Positions 51,709 to 62,039 of a DNA stretch of 64,000 nt are shown piece by piece. The notes under the pieces were generated by a model that was not told where the DNA came from, did not search any database, and was given only the letters and a program-made list of their open reading frames with translations. Numbering within the stretch: position 1 is the first letter of the stretch; each line of letters starts with the position of its first letter. Origin of the DNA: an uncultured cyanobacterium (GTDB taxonomy: Bacteria > Cyanobacteriota > Cyanobacteriia > Cyanobacteriales > CAWCAG01). The position numbers and the translations under genes were made by a program. The DNA is taken from contig CAWDOD010000009.1 in NCBI GenBank assembly GCA_963803805.1, forward strand, positions 96,001-160,000. Reading direction: 5' to 3'.

Positions 51709-54213
51709 ATGAGAATTGCAAAAATACTCGGTATTTTGGCTGTCACAAGTTCTGTGGCATTAGTAGTAGTTATTGCTAAGACTATATCTATTAATGTCGG
51801 GGAACATTACCGCTACCGCGATGCCTTAATTGCCCAGAAAGAGAAAGACGCTACCTTTAATCAAGATATTCTCAAAGCCAGGTACAAACTACTAGCTTCT
51901 TCTTGGACTTTGAATAAACATTTACAAGAGCAAAAGGAGTTACAAAATAAGCTACTCAAAGTCCCTAGCTTTATTGGTAATAGAGGGAAAATTCGGCTTA
52001 AAAATATCTTAAAAGAAAGAGCAGAAGTTATGGAGGAAAAAGCTCTTTTAGTAAAACAATTTCAAGATAAAAATATTTTACTTAAGAATTCTTTAAAAGA
52101 GCTGCCTATTATTATTGCTGAACTAGAAGAATCTCCTATAACGAATCAAAGTCAACCTTTGCAATTACTTATTGATGACTTATTTTATAAAATTGTCGTT
52201 AACAATTTTAATGTCAATGAAAAACAATATCAGCAAATCGATAATCAACTAAAAACAATCTCTGGTTTGAAAGGTCGCTATCCTGAGAAAGAAAATGAGT
52301 TAATTACATCTGCTATCGATTATAGTCGAATCATCCTCACCAATACGCCTCAAGTTAACCAACTAACCACAGAGATTCTGGATCTTCCCACTGCCCAGTT
52401 AAGTGAAGAATTAGAAATAAACTACAGCAATTATTATCAAAAAGCTATACAAACCAATGATATTCTTAGTTTAGTTGCTTATGTTTTATCCTTAATTATT
52501 ATGGGTTGTTTGGCTTATATTGTCATAGATAAATTAGTTCAAGCCAATCGTAAAACCATTAACATTCTAGAAACTATTACCGATGCTTTTATCGCTTTAG
52601 ATTCCCATTGGAATATCACCTATCTTAATCACCAAGCCACCCAACTTTTATCTCAAGAAACAGTAGCTTTAACAGGTCATAGTTTTTGGCAAGTCTTTCC
52701 AGAAGCAGCAGAACCATCCTTTAAAAAAAAGTATTACAAAGCAGTTAAAAAAAGTGAATTTGTCACCTTTGAGCAGTATTTTGCTTCCCTCCAACAATGG
52801 CTAGAGGTACGGGCTTATCCTCGCAAAGATGGGTTATCAGTTTTCTTAAGCAATATCACTAAACGCAAAGAAGCTGAAGCAGCTTTAAAAAAATTCAATG
52901 AAGAATTAGAAATTAGAGTGGAAAAACGTACGGCTCAACTTGCTCACGCCCACGAAGAAATAGTTGAGTTGTACCAATATTTAAAAGAAGAAAATGAGCG
53001 TTTGACAGAAGTAGACAAACTCAAAACAGACTTTATTTCTACAGTTTCCCATGAACTAAGAACCCCCCTAACTTCTGTATTAGGTTTTACTAAACTAATT
53101 CAAAAAAAACTAGAAGAAGTTATTTTCCCTGCTACTAATATTGAAGAGAAAAAAATTACCAGAGCCGTTAAACAGGTGAAAAGTAATCTCAGTATTATCA
53201 TTTCTGAAGGAGAAAGACTGACTGCCTTAATTAATGATGTTTTAGATTTGGCTAAAATGGAAGCAGGCAAAGTTGAGTGGAAGGAAGAAAGCATCAACAT
53301 TAAAACTATTTCTCAAAGAGCGATCGCCGCTACTTCAGCACTTTTTGAACAAAAAGATTTACAAATTATTGAAGAAATTGACCCTAAACTACCCGAAGTT
53401 GTTGGTGATCGTGATCGCTTAATTCAAGTTATTATTAATTTACTTTCTAATGCGATTAAATTCACAGATCAAGGTTCGGTAACTTGCCAAGCTGAGCAAC
53501 AAGAGGGAAAGATAATTGTTCGGGTTATAGATACAGGAACAGGAATTGCCTTAGAACATCAAGATAAAGTCTTTCAACGCTTCCAACAGTTAGGAGATAC
53601 CTTAACCGACAAACCCCAAGGAACAGGTTTAGGATTGCCTATTTGCAAACAAATAATTGAACATCACGGAGGTAAAATTTGGTTAAAAAGTGAGCTAGGT
53701 AAAGGGAGTACTTTTGGGTTTTCTTTACCAATTTCTGCCCATAAACCTGCCCCTTCTCAAGAAGTAGATCTAGACAACCTCGTGGCCAAATTAACTTGTT
53801 CTATAAAGCCAAAGTCAACTCAAGAAAAATCGACTCCTAAGACAATTCTTGTCGTAGATGATGACCCTAATATTCGCCAACTTCTTACTCAACAACTGGA
53901 ACCACAAGATTATATTGTTTGGCAAGCTGAAGATGGTTGGCAGGCAATTAATCAGGTTAAAAAGAAGAAGCCTAACTTGATTATCATGGATGTTATGATG
54001 CCGCAAATGAATGGTATGGATGCAGCAGCCGTATTGAAAAATGACCCGCTCTTTGTTGATATTCCTATTATTATTCTTTCTATTGTTGAACAGAAAGAAC
54101 GAGGTTATAAAATAGGCGTAGACAGTTATTTGAATAAACCCATTAACGCCGAAGAACTTTTAAAAGAAATTGATCTTCTTCTGACCAAGAAAATGCTCAT
54201 AAAGAAGTTTTAG
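51709..54213 (+). CDS. Membrane hybrid histidine kinase (DAHL-like sensor, PAS, HisKA, HATPase, REC); C-terminus frameshifted
   Basis: Two TMs, NQDILKARY helical sensor, ITDAFIALD PAS, SHELRTP, GTGLGL, VVDDD/MDVMMP. Confidence 0.88.
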   Translation: MRIAKILGILAVTSSVALVVVIAKTISINVGEHYRYRDALIAQKEKDATFNQDILKARYKLLASSWTLNKHLQEQKELQNKLLKVPSFIGNRGKIRLKNILKERAEVMEEKALLVKQFQDKNILLKNSLKELPIIIAELEESPITNQSQPLQLLIDDLFYKIVVNNFNVNEKQYQQIDNQLKTISGLKGRYPEKENELITSAIDYSRIILTNTPQVNQLTTEILDLPTAQLSEELEINYSNYYQKAIQTNDILSLVAYVLSLIIMGCLAYIVIDKLVQANRKTINILETITDAFIALDSHWNITYLNHQATQLLSQETVALTGHSFWQVFPEAAEPSFKKKYYKAVKKSEFVTFEQYFASLQQWLEVRAYPRKDGLSVFLSNITKRKEAEAALKKFNEELEIRVEKRTAQLAHAHEEIVELYQYLKEENERLTEVDKLKTDFISTVSHELRTPLTSVLGFTKLIQKKLEEVIFPATNIEEKKITRAVKQVKSNLSIIISEGERLTALINDVLDLAKMEAGKVEWKEESINIKTISQRAIAATSALFEQKDLQIIEEIDPKLPEVVGDRDRLIQVIINLLSNAIKFTDQGSVTCQAEQQEGKIIVRVIDTGTGIALEHQDKVFQRFQQLGDTLTDKPQGTGLGLPICKQIIEHHGGKIWLKSELGKGSTFGFSLPISAHKPAPSQEVDLDNLVAKLTCSIKPKSTQEKSTPKTILVVDDDPNIRQLLTQQLEPQDYIVWQAEDGWQAINQVKKKKPNLIIMDVMMPQMNGMDAAAVLKNDPLFVDIPIIILSIVEQKERGYKIGVDSYLNKPINAEELLKEIDLLLTKKMLIKKF

Positions 54214-54443
54214 TTATCGATAAAGATAAAAATACCGTTAAGATTCTCACCCAGATATTGCAAGGACGGGGTTACAAAATAGTAGAAGCTTTGAGCAAGG
54301 AAGAACTAAAACAAAAGATGACTTCCTCACCCTCCTACATACCAATGGATCTGCATTCTGAAACAGTCCAGAGTTTACGTTTTGAAAAAGGATTAAAAAA
54401 AGTCGTTTTTATTTTCCTGACAGATAAAAACAACTCTCCTTGA
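54179..54443 (+). pseudogene. Out-of-frame degenerate second receiver-like domain of the preceding kinase
   Basis: The -1 frame reads SDQENAHKEVLVIDKDKNTVKILTQILQGRGYKIVEA... Confidence 0.6.
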
Positions 54444-54541
54444 TTTTTAGTAAGACTCACCGCAAGGAGGATGATATCTCAGTAACTAATCGGCTTAAAT
54501 TTACGAGGTTCTTAATAATGGCTGTTAACTAGGGGGAATAA

Positions 54542-55975
54542 TTGATTAGCAGGCAAGGGAAAGCAAACAGTTTCAAACTTAAGCGACTGTTAACTAAAAA
54601 AGAAGTTCGGCAGGCGATACTTCAAGTTATAGAAATTATAACCACTCCAATCAGTATTAGAAATGCTGAAGGTGATTTAATTATTGGAGAAGATTTAGAG
54701 TATTCTTTATATAAATACCCCATTATCATTGAAGAAGAACTTTTAGGTTGGGTAATAGGCAAAGAAGATATTAGTTTCTTAGCCAATTTACTTACTTGTT
54801 TTGCTCGTCAAGAAGTAGAAAAGAAAGCTTTAGCCAGGGAAACCTTAGATCGGTACAAAGAATTAAATTTAGTCTATAAACTTTCTGAAAAACTTTCTGC
54901 TAGTTTGGAACTTAAAGACATAGCTGAGTTGGTACTAGAAGAAGCCATGACAATTATCAAAGCAACAAGTGGCTCAGTTATGTTACTAAATCCCCAAACC
55001 CAGAAGCTAGAAATAATTGCCACAGCGGGAGATAAATCTTTTTTAAAAACTAATATTCAATTAGGAGAAGGTATCGCCGGTTATGTCGCCAAAACCGGTA
55101 AAGCTGAAATTGTCAATGATGTTTTCGCTGACTCTCGCTATCTTCCTTACCATAACGAAACAGCTTCTTTAATTTGCGCCCCCTTAAAAGCTAAAGATTT
55201 ACCTATTGGGACAATTAATCTTTGTAGCAATCAAAATATTCAATACACAGCAGCAGAGTTAAAATTACTTACTGCTATTTCTTCCCAAGCTGCCACGGCT
55301 ATTGAAAATGCCCTTTTACATGAAAATAAGCTCAAAGAAGATCGAATTAAAAATAACTTGGAACGCTATGTTGCTTCTCAAGTAGTTGAAGCAATTTTGT
55401 TAGATAAAGAAGTAATTAGCCTCGAACCCAATAAAAAAAATGTTTCTATTTTATTCTCTGATATTAGAAACTTTACTGGCAAATGTGAAGAACTAGCCCC
55501 AGAAAGAATAGTTGCTTATTTGAATGAATATTTTACCCACATGGTAGATGTAATTTTTGACCATCAAGGCACAGTTAATAAACTAGTCGGGGATATGATT
55601 GTCGCCTTTTTTGGCGCTCCTTCTAGCACCCTCAACACAGAACAAAAAGCGATCGCCACAGCCATTGATATGCAAAAACGCATCCAAACCATACCCGAAG
55701 TCTGGATTAGAAAAAACTTTCCCACCGGAATTGGTATTAGCTCTGGTAAAGTAGTAGTAGGTAATATTGGTTCTCCTAAGCATATGGACTATACTGCCAT
55801 TGGCGATGAAGTAAACATTGCTTCTCGGTTGCAATCTTTAGCAAAAGGAGGACAAATTTTAGTTAGCCGTAGCATTTACGAAGTAACTAAAGATACTTTT
55901 GATTTCAAGGATTTTGGCATAGTTAATGTGAAGGGCAAAAAAAATGCCATAGAAGTATTTGAAGTTTTATACTAA
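54542..55975 (+). CDS. GAF-domain class III adenylate/guanylate cyclase
   Basis: GAF (GEGIAG, LICAPL); LFSDIRNFT, KLVGD, DYTAIGDEVNIASRL, VKGK; K/D specificity residues suggest adenylate cyclase. Confidence 0.9.
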   Translation: MISRQGKANSFKLKRLLTKKEVRQAILQVIEIITTPISIRNAEGDLIIGEDLEYSLYKYPIIIEEELLGWVIGKEDISFLANLLTCFARQEVEKKALARETLDRYKELNLVYKLSEKLSASLELKDIAELVLEEAMTIIKATSGSVMLLNPQTQKLEIIATAGDKSFLKTNIQLGEGIAGYVAKTGKAEIVNDVFADSRYLPYHNETASLICAPLKAKDLPIGTINLCSNQNIQYTAAELKLLTAISSQAATAIENALLHENKLKEDRIKNNLERYVASQVVEAILLDKEVISLEPNKKNVSILFSDIRNFTGKCEELAPERIVAYLNEYFTHMVDVIFDHQGTVNKLVGDMIVAFFGAPSSTLNTEQKAIATAIDMQKRIQTIPEVWIRKNFPTGIGISSGKVVVGNIGSPKHMDYTAIGDEVNIASRLQSLAKGGQILVSRSIYEVTKDTFDFKDFGIVNVKGKKNAIEVFEVLY

Positions 55976-56000
55976 CTCAGTTGCCACCGGAGCCATAGAT

Positions 56001-56381
56001 ATGGAGCGAAAAATATTAATTGCTGATGACGAACCCCATATCAGGTTACTCCTAGAACAAACCTTAGAAGAATTAGAAGATGAAGGTGTTGAGTTACTCA
56101 TGGCTAGTAACGGGGAAGAAGCTTTAGATAGAATCAAAACCGAACTTCCTCAACTAGTTTTTTTAGATGTCATGATGCCGAAAATGAATGGTTTTGATGT
56201 TTGCCAAAAAGTAAAGAAAGAGTGGCAATTAAAAGGCATTTATATCATCATGCTCACAGCAAAAGGACAGGAATTCGACAAGAAAAAAGGTCAAGAAGTT
56301 GGCGCAGATTTATATATGACTAAACCTTTTGATCCCGATGAAGTTCTGGATAAGTCATGGCAAATTATTGGCTCCAAGTAA
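56001..56381 (+). CDS. Single-domain response regulator
   Basis: IADDE, LDVMMP, MLTAKG, KPF; likely start MERK at 56001. Confidence 0.88.
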   Translation: MERKILIADDEPHIRLLLEQTLEELEDEGVELLMASNGEEALDRIKTELPQLVFLDVMMPKMNGFDVCQKVKKEWQLKGIYIIMLTAKGQEFDKKKGQEVGADLYMTKPFDPDEVLDKSWQIIGSK

Positions 56382-56585
56382 AGTAAAGACGAGGTTTTTA
56401 ACCTAAAGTTCCCAAAACAAAAAACAAAATCAACAGCCATCTTTTTTTTGCGTATAAACTCTTTCAAAACAAAAATTTCCACCACAAAAAATTCCTACTT
56501 GCGTAGTTGTAAGGAAATCCCTTGGCATTGGTACAAAAATATCTAGACTGGGCAAAATGCAGGATAAGATAAAAACTTAGGTGTT

Positions 56586-58412
56586 TTGAGGAGTTTAGAT
56601 ATTGTGAAGTTAAGATCCTATTTTTTCCTGCCTAGTTCTTCTATTCTGTTATTAACAGTTTTAGGTTTAATGGGGGGCAACTCTGCCCAAGCGGTAGATA
56701 TTTCTGAAGAAATCATCTTGGAAGAAGACTTGTTAGAATCAGCACAAGAGTCGCAATTCTTAGTCCAAGACTTGGCTAATCCCGAATTTGATTCAGACCC
56801 TTCTTTACCTCTAGAAACAGAAATTAAGCCCACTGATCTAGAAGTTGAAGGTAGCAAAGAACAAGAAATTCTTGATCAAATTCAAATTTATAACAACGAA
56901 GAAATCCCCCTAGAACAAGTAACCAGCGTTAACCAATTAAGCGATATTGACCCTTTTTGGTTTGAAGCCGTACAAAAAATGGTTGATAAATATGGCTGCA
57001 TCGTTGGTTATCCCGATGGCACATTTAAGGGGCAACGTAACATCACCCGCTACGAATTTGCTGCGGCTTTGAGTCGTTGCATGGAATACTTTGAAAGCAA
57101 CTTACCAAGCTTTGAGGGTTCAGATGGCAACACTTACCAAAGATTAGTAGAAGAATTTGCTACCGAACTTGCGGTATTGCGGGGCAAAGTAGACGCAGTA
57201 GAAGCCCGCCTCATTGACATAGAAGCCACTCAATTTTCCACCACCACCAAACTCTTTGGTCAAAGCGTTTTTGGTGTCCAAGGGAGAACAGAGAATTCTT
57301 TCCGACAGTTTAGCTTCCCCAATGAGGATCAAAATACTAACGTTAATTTCATCAACACCACTAACCTTAGTTTAATCACCCAATTCGACCCCCGTAGTAT
57401 TCTCTTATTAGGTTTAGTAGCCGGAAATGGTAGCACTACTTCCACTCCCCCAGCTTTAACCAACTTTACTAGCCTTGCCTATGAAGGCAACACTGGCAAC
57501 AATAACGTTGTAGTTAGCGATCTCAACTTCCGCCATCTGCTTACAGATCGCTTAGCAGTAATTTTTGGCCCTACTGCTGTTAACCCTGTCAACGTTTTTC
57601 GGGGAGTAAATCGTATTGAAAGTGCTGGGCAAGGTTCCATTTCTCGCTTTGCCCAACGTAACCCTATAATTAGCATTGGTAGTGGTAGTGCCGGGGTTGG
57701 TGTTGACTGGCAAATCAGCGATAAATTTAATCTGCAAGCTGTTTACTCCGCCAGTACTGGCAACAATCCCAACACAGGTTTATTTGGTGGGGAAAACGGG
57801 GAAACTTCTGCTGGTGTGCAATTGGGAGTTTCTCCCACTGAAAATATTGATCTTTCCTTACAATACATCAACGCCTACTCTCCCTTTGGGCGTTTAGGTA
57901 CAGGCATAGGAGACGACCAATTAGCCCTTCTTTCTCCTAATGTTGGCACAGGACTTTTAAGAGCGCCAATTAACACCGATGCTTTTGGTGCTAACGTAGA
58001 CTGGCGTATCAATGAAAAATTTACCGTTGGTGGTTGGGCTGGCTTCACTAACTCTGATTTTGTCAGTAGTTCAGGAAGTGTAGAAACCTTCAACTGGATG
58101 GGCTACCTCAACGTTTATGACCTCTTAAATGAAGGGGACTTAGCAGGTTTATACATCGGTCAGCCCCCGAAAATCACCAGTAGCGATTTACCTATAGGTC
58201 GCAATATCCCCAGTTTTATTAACGAGGGTAACGTTTTTGCCGCCCCAGGAGATCAACCAGGAACTACCACTCACATCGAATTATTTTATCGTTGGCAGGT
58301 TTCCGACAACATCAGCATTACCCCTGGTGCAATTTATTTAATTGATCCAGGCCACAATTCGGAAAATGACAATATATTCATCGGTGCGATACGGACAACT
58401 TTCAGTTTCTAA
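56586..58412 (+). CDS. Cyanobacterial porin (SLH domain + OprB-type barrel; iron-uptake-porin/SomA-like)
   Basis: QVTSVNQLSD, KYGCIVGYPDG, TRYEFAA, FSTTTKL, C-terminal RTTFSF. Confidence 0.92.
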   Translation: MRSLDIVKLRSYFFLPSSSILLLTVLGLMGGNSAQAVDISEEIILEEDLLESAQESQFLVQDLANPEFDSDPSLPLETEIKPTDLEVEGSKEQEILDQIQIYNNEEIPLEQVTSVNQLSDIDPFWFEAVQKMVDKYGCIVGYPDGTFKGQRNITRYEFAAALSRCMEYFESNLPSFEGSDGNTYQRLVEEFATELAVLRGKVDAVEARLIDIEATQFSTTTKLFGQSVFGVQGRTENSFRQFSFPNEDQNTNVNFINTTNLSLITQFDPRSILLLGLVAGNGSTTSTPPALTNFTSLAYEGNTGNNNVVVSDLNFRHLLTDRLAVIFGPTAVNPVNVFRGVNRIESAGQGSISRFAQRNPIISIGSGSAGVGVDWQISDKFNLQAVYSASTGNNPNTGLFGGENGETSAGVQLGVSPTENIDLSLQYINAYSPFGRLGTGIGDDQLALLSPNVGTGLLRAPINTDAFGANVDWRINEKFTVGGWAGFTNSDFVSSSGSVETFNWMGYLNVYDLLNEGDLAGLYIGQPPKITSSDLPIGRNIPSFINEGNVFAAPGDQPGTTTHIELFYRWQVSDNISITPGAIYLIDPGHNSENDNIFIGAIRTTFSF

Positions 58413-58713
58413 ATGAAGCAAAAACAAAGTTAAGTATTTTTACCAAAAATCAGTTTTGTTGGGAACATACCCTTAAGTAAAAGTGTCATCTACCCCATCA
58501 AGACTGATTTGAAAAAGGTAGATTTTATAGCCCAGAGAAGATTTAGATATTTCTTCCCACATATAAATACCCAGCTTTCAATAGCACATCGGGATAAATT
58601 CTCCTAATTCTTTAATCAACAAATTTTCCCATTCCTGATTAAGCTAATCTTTGCCAAATTAGCGCCCTCAACCCACTAACAAAACATATTTACCCTGAAG
58701 GAGTAGCAAAATT

Positions 58714-61158
58714 ATGAAGAAGAAATCCGCCCTTTGTTTAGGTTTAGCAGGAGGTTTAGCATTAGGTTTAACTCCAGCAGTCCAAGCCCAAATTGATGTC
58801 ACAGGAGGTACAGCTTCAGGTCAAGCCGGGTTTTTTATCCCTACTTCCGGTGATATCCAACTCTTCGATATTGGTATTAATCAATTACAGTTAGATACTA
58901 CTAACGGTTCTACTAGTAGTGCAGTTTTCATCCCTAATGCTGCTGATTTTACTGGCACAGGGTCAACTCCAGTAGGAGGTAGCGGTACTCTATTAGGAAC
59001 CCTTTCTGGAGTTGCTTTCACTTCTAATGGTAGTGTTGTACCTTTTTCAGGGGTGGAAAGTAGCTTAAAGTTTAATGTTGATAGCTTCACTGCCAACCTC
59101 GCTACAATTACTGGAAGCTTGCTTGATCCTGATGACACCGATGCACCTTTGGTATTTCTCCCTGGAGTTAGCGGCGTTTCTGGGACAGGGTTTACCCCTT
59201 CTGATGGGGATTTAGAAATAGGAGACTTTACCGCTAGTTTAACTGGCGGTGCGATCGCCCTTTCTTCTGACTTAGAATTTCGAGAGAGTAGTAATGCTAC
59301 CCAAGTCACTCCTCTTTTAGTAGGCAGAAGAATTAAGTATAAGTTTGAAGGAGAAAACGTTACTCCTCAAGATGGCACAGACTTAGATCCTAGCGACAAC
59401 GAAGTGCGTTTTGTGGGTGAAACTAACAAAAAATTCCAAATTCAAAGCGTAGGTACTCGCGGATCGAGTGAGTTCAAATTTAAAGGTAAAATTGGTGCAG
59501 TTGATATTATTGTTAGTGATCCTGATGGCTTTGAGATTAAAAAGCAAGACGGCACAATTGATATTACTCAACCCCTAGACAAATTTAAAATTGATGGGGA
59601 AAGCACTGGTATCACTGCCCTATTTGCTGCTGACGGTCTTGCTTTCAGTGGCGTTTCTGACCGCAAGGATACAAAGCTAGACTTTACACAAGGTAGCAAC
59701 AGATTAGAACTAGAGACAGATGGTAAAAACGGTTTAGTAGACTTCTATGCCTTGGGGGGAGTTAGTAGTTTCAAGCGTGAAAATATTACCACTGGCTATC
59801 AAGTTTATAACATTAGTGGTGATGCCAATGCTGGGTTCGTTTGTAACACTTGTGATGTAACAATTGTTAATGGAGTTAAAATCAGCACTGCTTTCCTTTT
59901 TGATTTAAACAGCACCAATTTTCTCTTCGTTGATGCCAGTACCAACAATCTCAACGATGATGATGATGATGATGAAAGCAATACATCCGACATCACCTTC
60001 AACTTCTCTGGTTCCGTTAGTTTAGCTAGCAGCAGCATATTTAACTTATCTACTTCTTCTGAAGTTGCTGTCAACCAATACAATATTGTAGCTTCCAGAC
60101 CAGGGCGAGTACTAATCAGAACCGTTAAAAAAGGCGGCGATCGCTATTATATTGCCTCTCGTGCTTCTCGTCGTGGTGTAGCTAGCAGTCAGGTTAACTT
60201 AGTAGCTTACAAGCAAGTAGGCCCTTCTAGCCGTATCTTCCCCGGTTTAATTGGCTTACGGCAAATATCAGAAGAAGAATTAGAGGAACTTGATGTATCT
60301 ACAGAAGAAGATACAACTTCTGAAGACACAACTTCTGAAGACACAACTTCTGAAGACACGGCTTCTGAAGACACAACTTCTGAAGACACAACTTCTGAAG
60401 ACACGGCTTCTGAAGACACAACTTCTGAAGATGAAGTAGCTTCTAATCCTGACGAGACTGACAGTGATGATGAAGATGCTGACAGCGAAGATTCTGAAGA
60501 TGCTGACAGCGAAGATTCTGAAGATGCTGACAGCGAAGATTCTGAAGATGCTGACAGTGATGATTCTGAAGATGCTGACAGTGATGATTCTGAAGATGCT
60601 GACAGTGATGATGAAGATGCTGACAGTGATGATTCTGAAGATGCTGACAGTGATGATTCTGAAGATGCTGACAGCGAAGATTCTGAAGATGCTGACAGCG
60701 AAGATTCTGAAGATGCTGACAGCGAAGATTCTGAAGCTGGTTCTTCCCAAGAAAATCCTGTTATACCCACAAGAATTGCTTCGGGACGTTTCCTCTTCGT
60801 TGCTGTAGCCACTGGACTTTGGTGTGATCCTCCCATGGTAAATGCCTATAGCTATGAAATGACCGAAGGTTCTCTGTTTACTTCTATCAGTGGTTTACCG
60901 GAAGGCATTGATGCTGACAACAAATTTACTGTTTCTGTTGATGGTAAAGTCTTAGGTGAATTTAGCCCTGGGCAAGAAGTTGACTTCAGCGACTATCAAG
61001 GAGTTTTGGGTAACTCCCTCAAAGAGGGCGAAGGTGTAAGCAAATTCACCATTAGTTCTATTAACCCCGCAGTTGATGGCGATGATCCCGTTGCTTTCCC
61101 TGTTAAGTTAGACTTCAACACTGATACAGCTACTTTCGAGATGCAAGCTTTAGAATAA
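58714..61158 (+). CDS. Secreted protein with long Asp/Glu/Ser repeat tract
   Basis: Signal peptide ending AVQA; beta-rich N-region; acidic repeats; compact C-terminal domain. Confidence 0.75.
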   Translation: MKKKSALCLGLAGGLALGLTPAVQAQIDVTGGTASGQAGFFIPTSGDIQLFDIGINQLQLDTTNGSTSSAVFIPNAADFTGTGSTPVGGSGTLLGTLSGVAFTSNGSVVPFSGVESSLKFNVDSFTANLATITGSLLDPDDTDAPLVFLPGVSGVSGTGFTPSDGDLEIGDFTASLTGGAIALSSDLEFRESSNATQVTPLLVGRRIKYKFEGENVTPQDGTDLDPSDNEVRFVGETNKKFQIQSVGTRGSSEFKFKGKIGAVDIIVSDPDGFEIKKQDGTIDITQPLDKFKIDGESTGITALFAADGLAFSGVSDRKDTKLDFTQGSNRLELETDGKNGLVDFYALGGVSSFKRENITTGYQVYNISGDANAGFVCNTCDVTIVNGVKISTAFLFDLNSTNFLFVDASTNNLNDDDDDDESNTSDITFNFSGSVSLASSSIFNLSTSSEVAVNQYNIVASRPGRVLIRTVKKGGDRYYIASRASRRGVASSQVNLVAYKQVGPSSRIFPGLIGLRQISEEELEELDVSTEEDTTSEDTTSEDTTSEDTASEDTTSEDTTSEDTASEDTTSEDEVASNPDETDSDDEDADSEDSEDADSEDSEDADSEDSEDADSDDSEDADSDDSEDADSDDEDADSDDSEDADSDDSEDADSEDSEDADSEDSEDADSEDSEAGSSQENPVIPTRIASGRFLFVAVATGLWCDPPMVNAYSYEMTEGSLFTSISGLPEGIDADNKFTVSVDGKVLGEFSPGQEVDFSDYQGVLGNSLKEGEGVSKFTISSINPAVDGDDPVAFPVKLDFNTDTATFEMQALE
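60307..60426 (+). repeat. 15-bp tandem repeat x8 encoding EDT(T/A)S
   Basis: gaagacacaacttct / gaagacacggcttct units. Confidence 0.9.
60472..60732 (+). repeat. 24-bp tandem repeat x11 encoding EDADS(E/D)DS
   Basis: gaagatgctgacagcgaagattct / gaagatgctgacagtgatgattct units, one 21-bp unit. Confidence 0.9.
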
Positions 61159-61206
61159 GTTAACCTTTTCTAATTAAGCAATAAGCTCAACTCAAGAAGT
61201 GATATG

Positions 61207-61247
61207 GTAGTGGCACAGTAAATTACTGTGCCACTACTTGTTTTTTT
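61207..61247 (+). terminator. Intrinsic terminator
   Basis: gtagtggcacagtaa-a-ttactgtgccactac followed by a T tract. Confidence 0.85.
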
Positions 61248-61307
61248 ATAATCCAAGCTTATACATTAATCATTGTTTAACCTTCCGACTTTTGACTTGT
61301 ATAACAC

Positions 61308-61982
61308 ATGAACGCCCGCATTTTAGTAGTTGAAGATGAAGCCAAATTAGCTCAATTTATTGAGTTAGAACTAAAATATGAAGGCTACGAAGTTCAAGTT
61401 GCCAAGGATGGCTTAACGGGTTTAACCACAGCCAGGGAAACCAACTTCGATTTGATTATTCTCGACTGGATGTTGCCAGGAATATCTGGATTGGAAATTT
61501 GCCGTCGCCTACGCCTCACTGGAGATAAAACTCCCATAATTTTGGTAACAGCTAAAGACGAAGTTAGCGATAGAGTGGCAGGTTTAGATGCGGGGGCAGA
61601 TGATTATGTTGTCAAACCCTTTAGCGTCGAAGAATTATTAGCAAGATTAAGGGCTAGCCTACGACGTACCCAAGAAGAAAACACTGATGTATTACAATTT
61701 TCTGACTTAAAACTTAATCGCAGTACCCGCGAAATATATCGCAGCGATCGCCTCATAGAATTAACAGCTAAAGAATTTGATTTACTCGATTATTTAATTT
61801 CCCATCCTCGCCAAGTCCTTACCCGCGACCAAATTTTAGAAAGGGTTTGGGGTTATGATTTTATGGGAGATTCAAACATTATTGAAGTTTACATTCGCTA
61901 TCTACGCTTGAAGTTGGAAGCAGAAGGAGAAAAACGCTTGATTCAAACCGTAAGAGGGGTTGGGTATGTGCTTAGGGAGTAG
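61308..61982 (+). CDS. OmpR-family response regulator
   Basis: VVEDE, LDWMLP, KPF, winged-helix [10 protein letters not shown]...TVRGVGY. Confidence 0.93.
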   Translation: MNARILVVEDEAKLAQFIELELKYEGYEVQVAKDGLTGLTTARETNFDLIILDWMLPGISGLEICRRLRLTGDKTPIILVTAKDEVSDRVAGLDAGADDYVVKPFSVEELLARLRASLRRTQEENTDVLQFSDLKLNRSTREIYRSDRLIELTAKEFDLLDYLISHPRQVLTRDQILERVWGYDFMGDSNIIEVYIRYLRLKLEAEGEKRLIQTVRGVGYVLRE

Positions 61983-62039
61983 TTTTTTAAAGTAATAAGT
62001 AATAAGTGAAGAACATACTGTTAACAATTTAGCCAATCA

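Noticed and set aside
60207..60836. Overlapping repetitive ORFs (SLSASSE, IFRIFAV, MLTAKILK) and a possible CRISPR-like array
   Set aside because: These are shadow frames of the coding tandem repeat; there are no unique spacers and no cas genes
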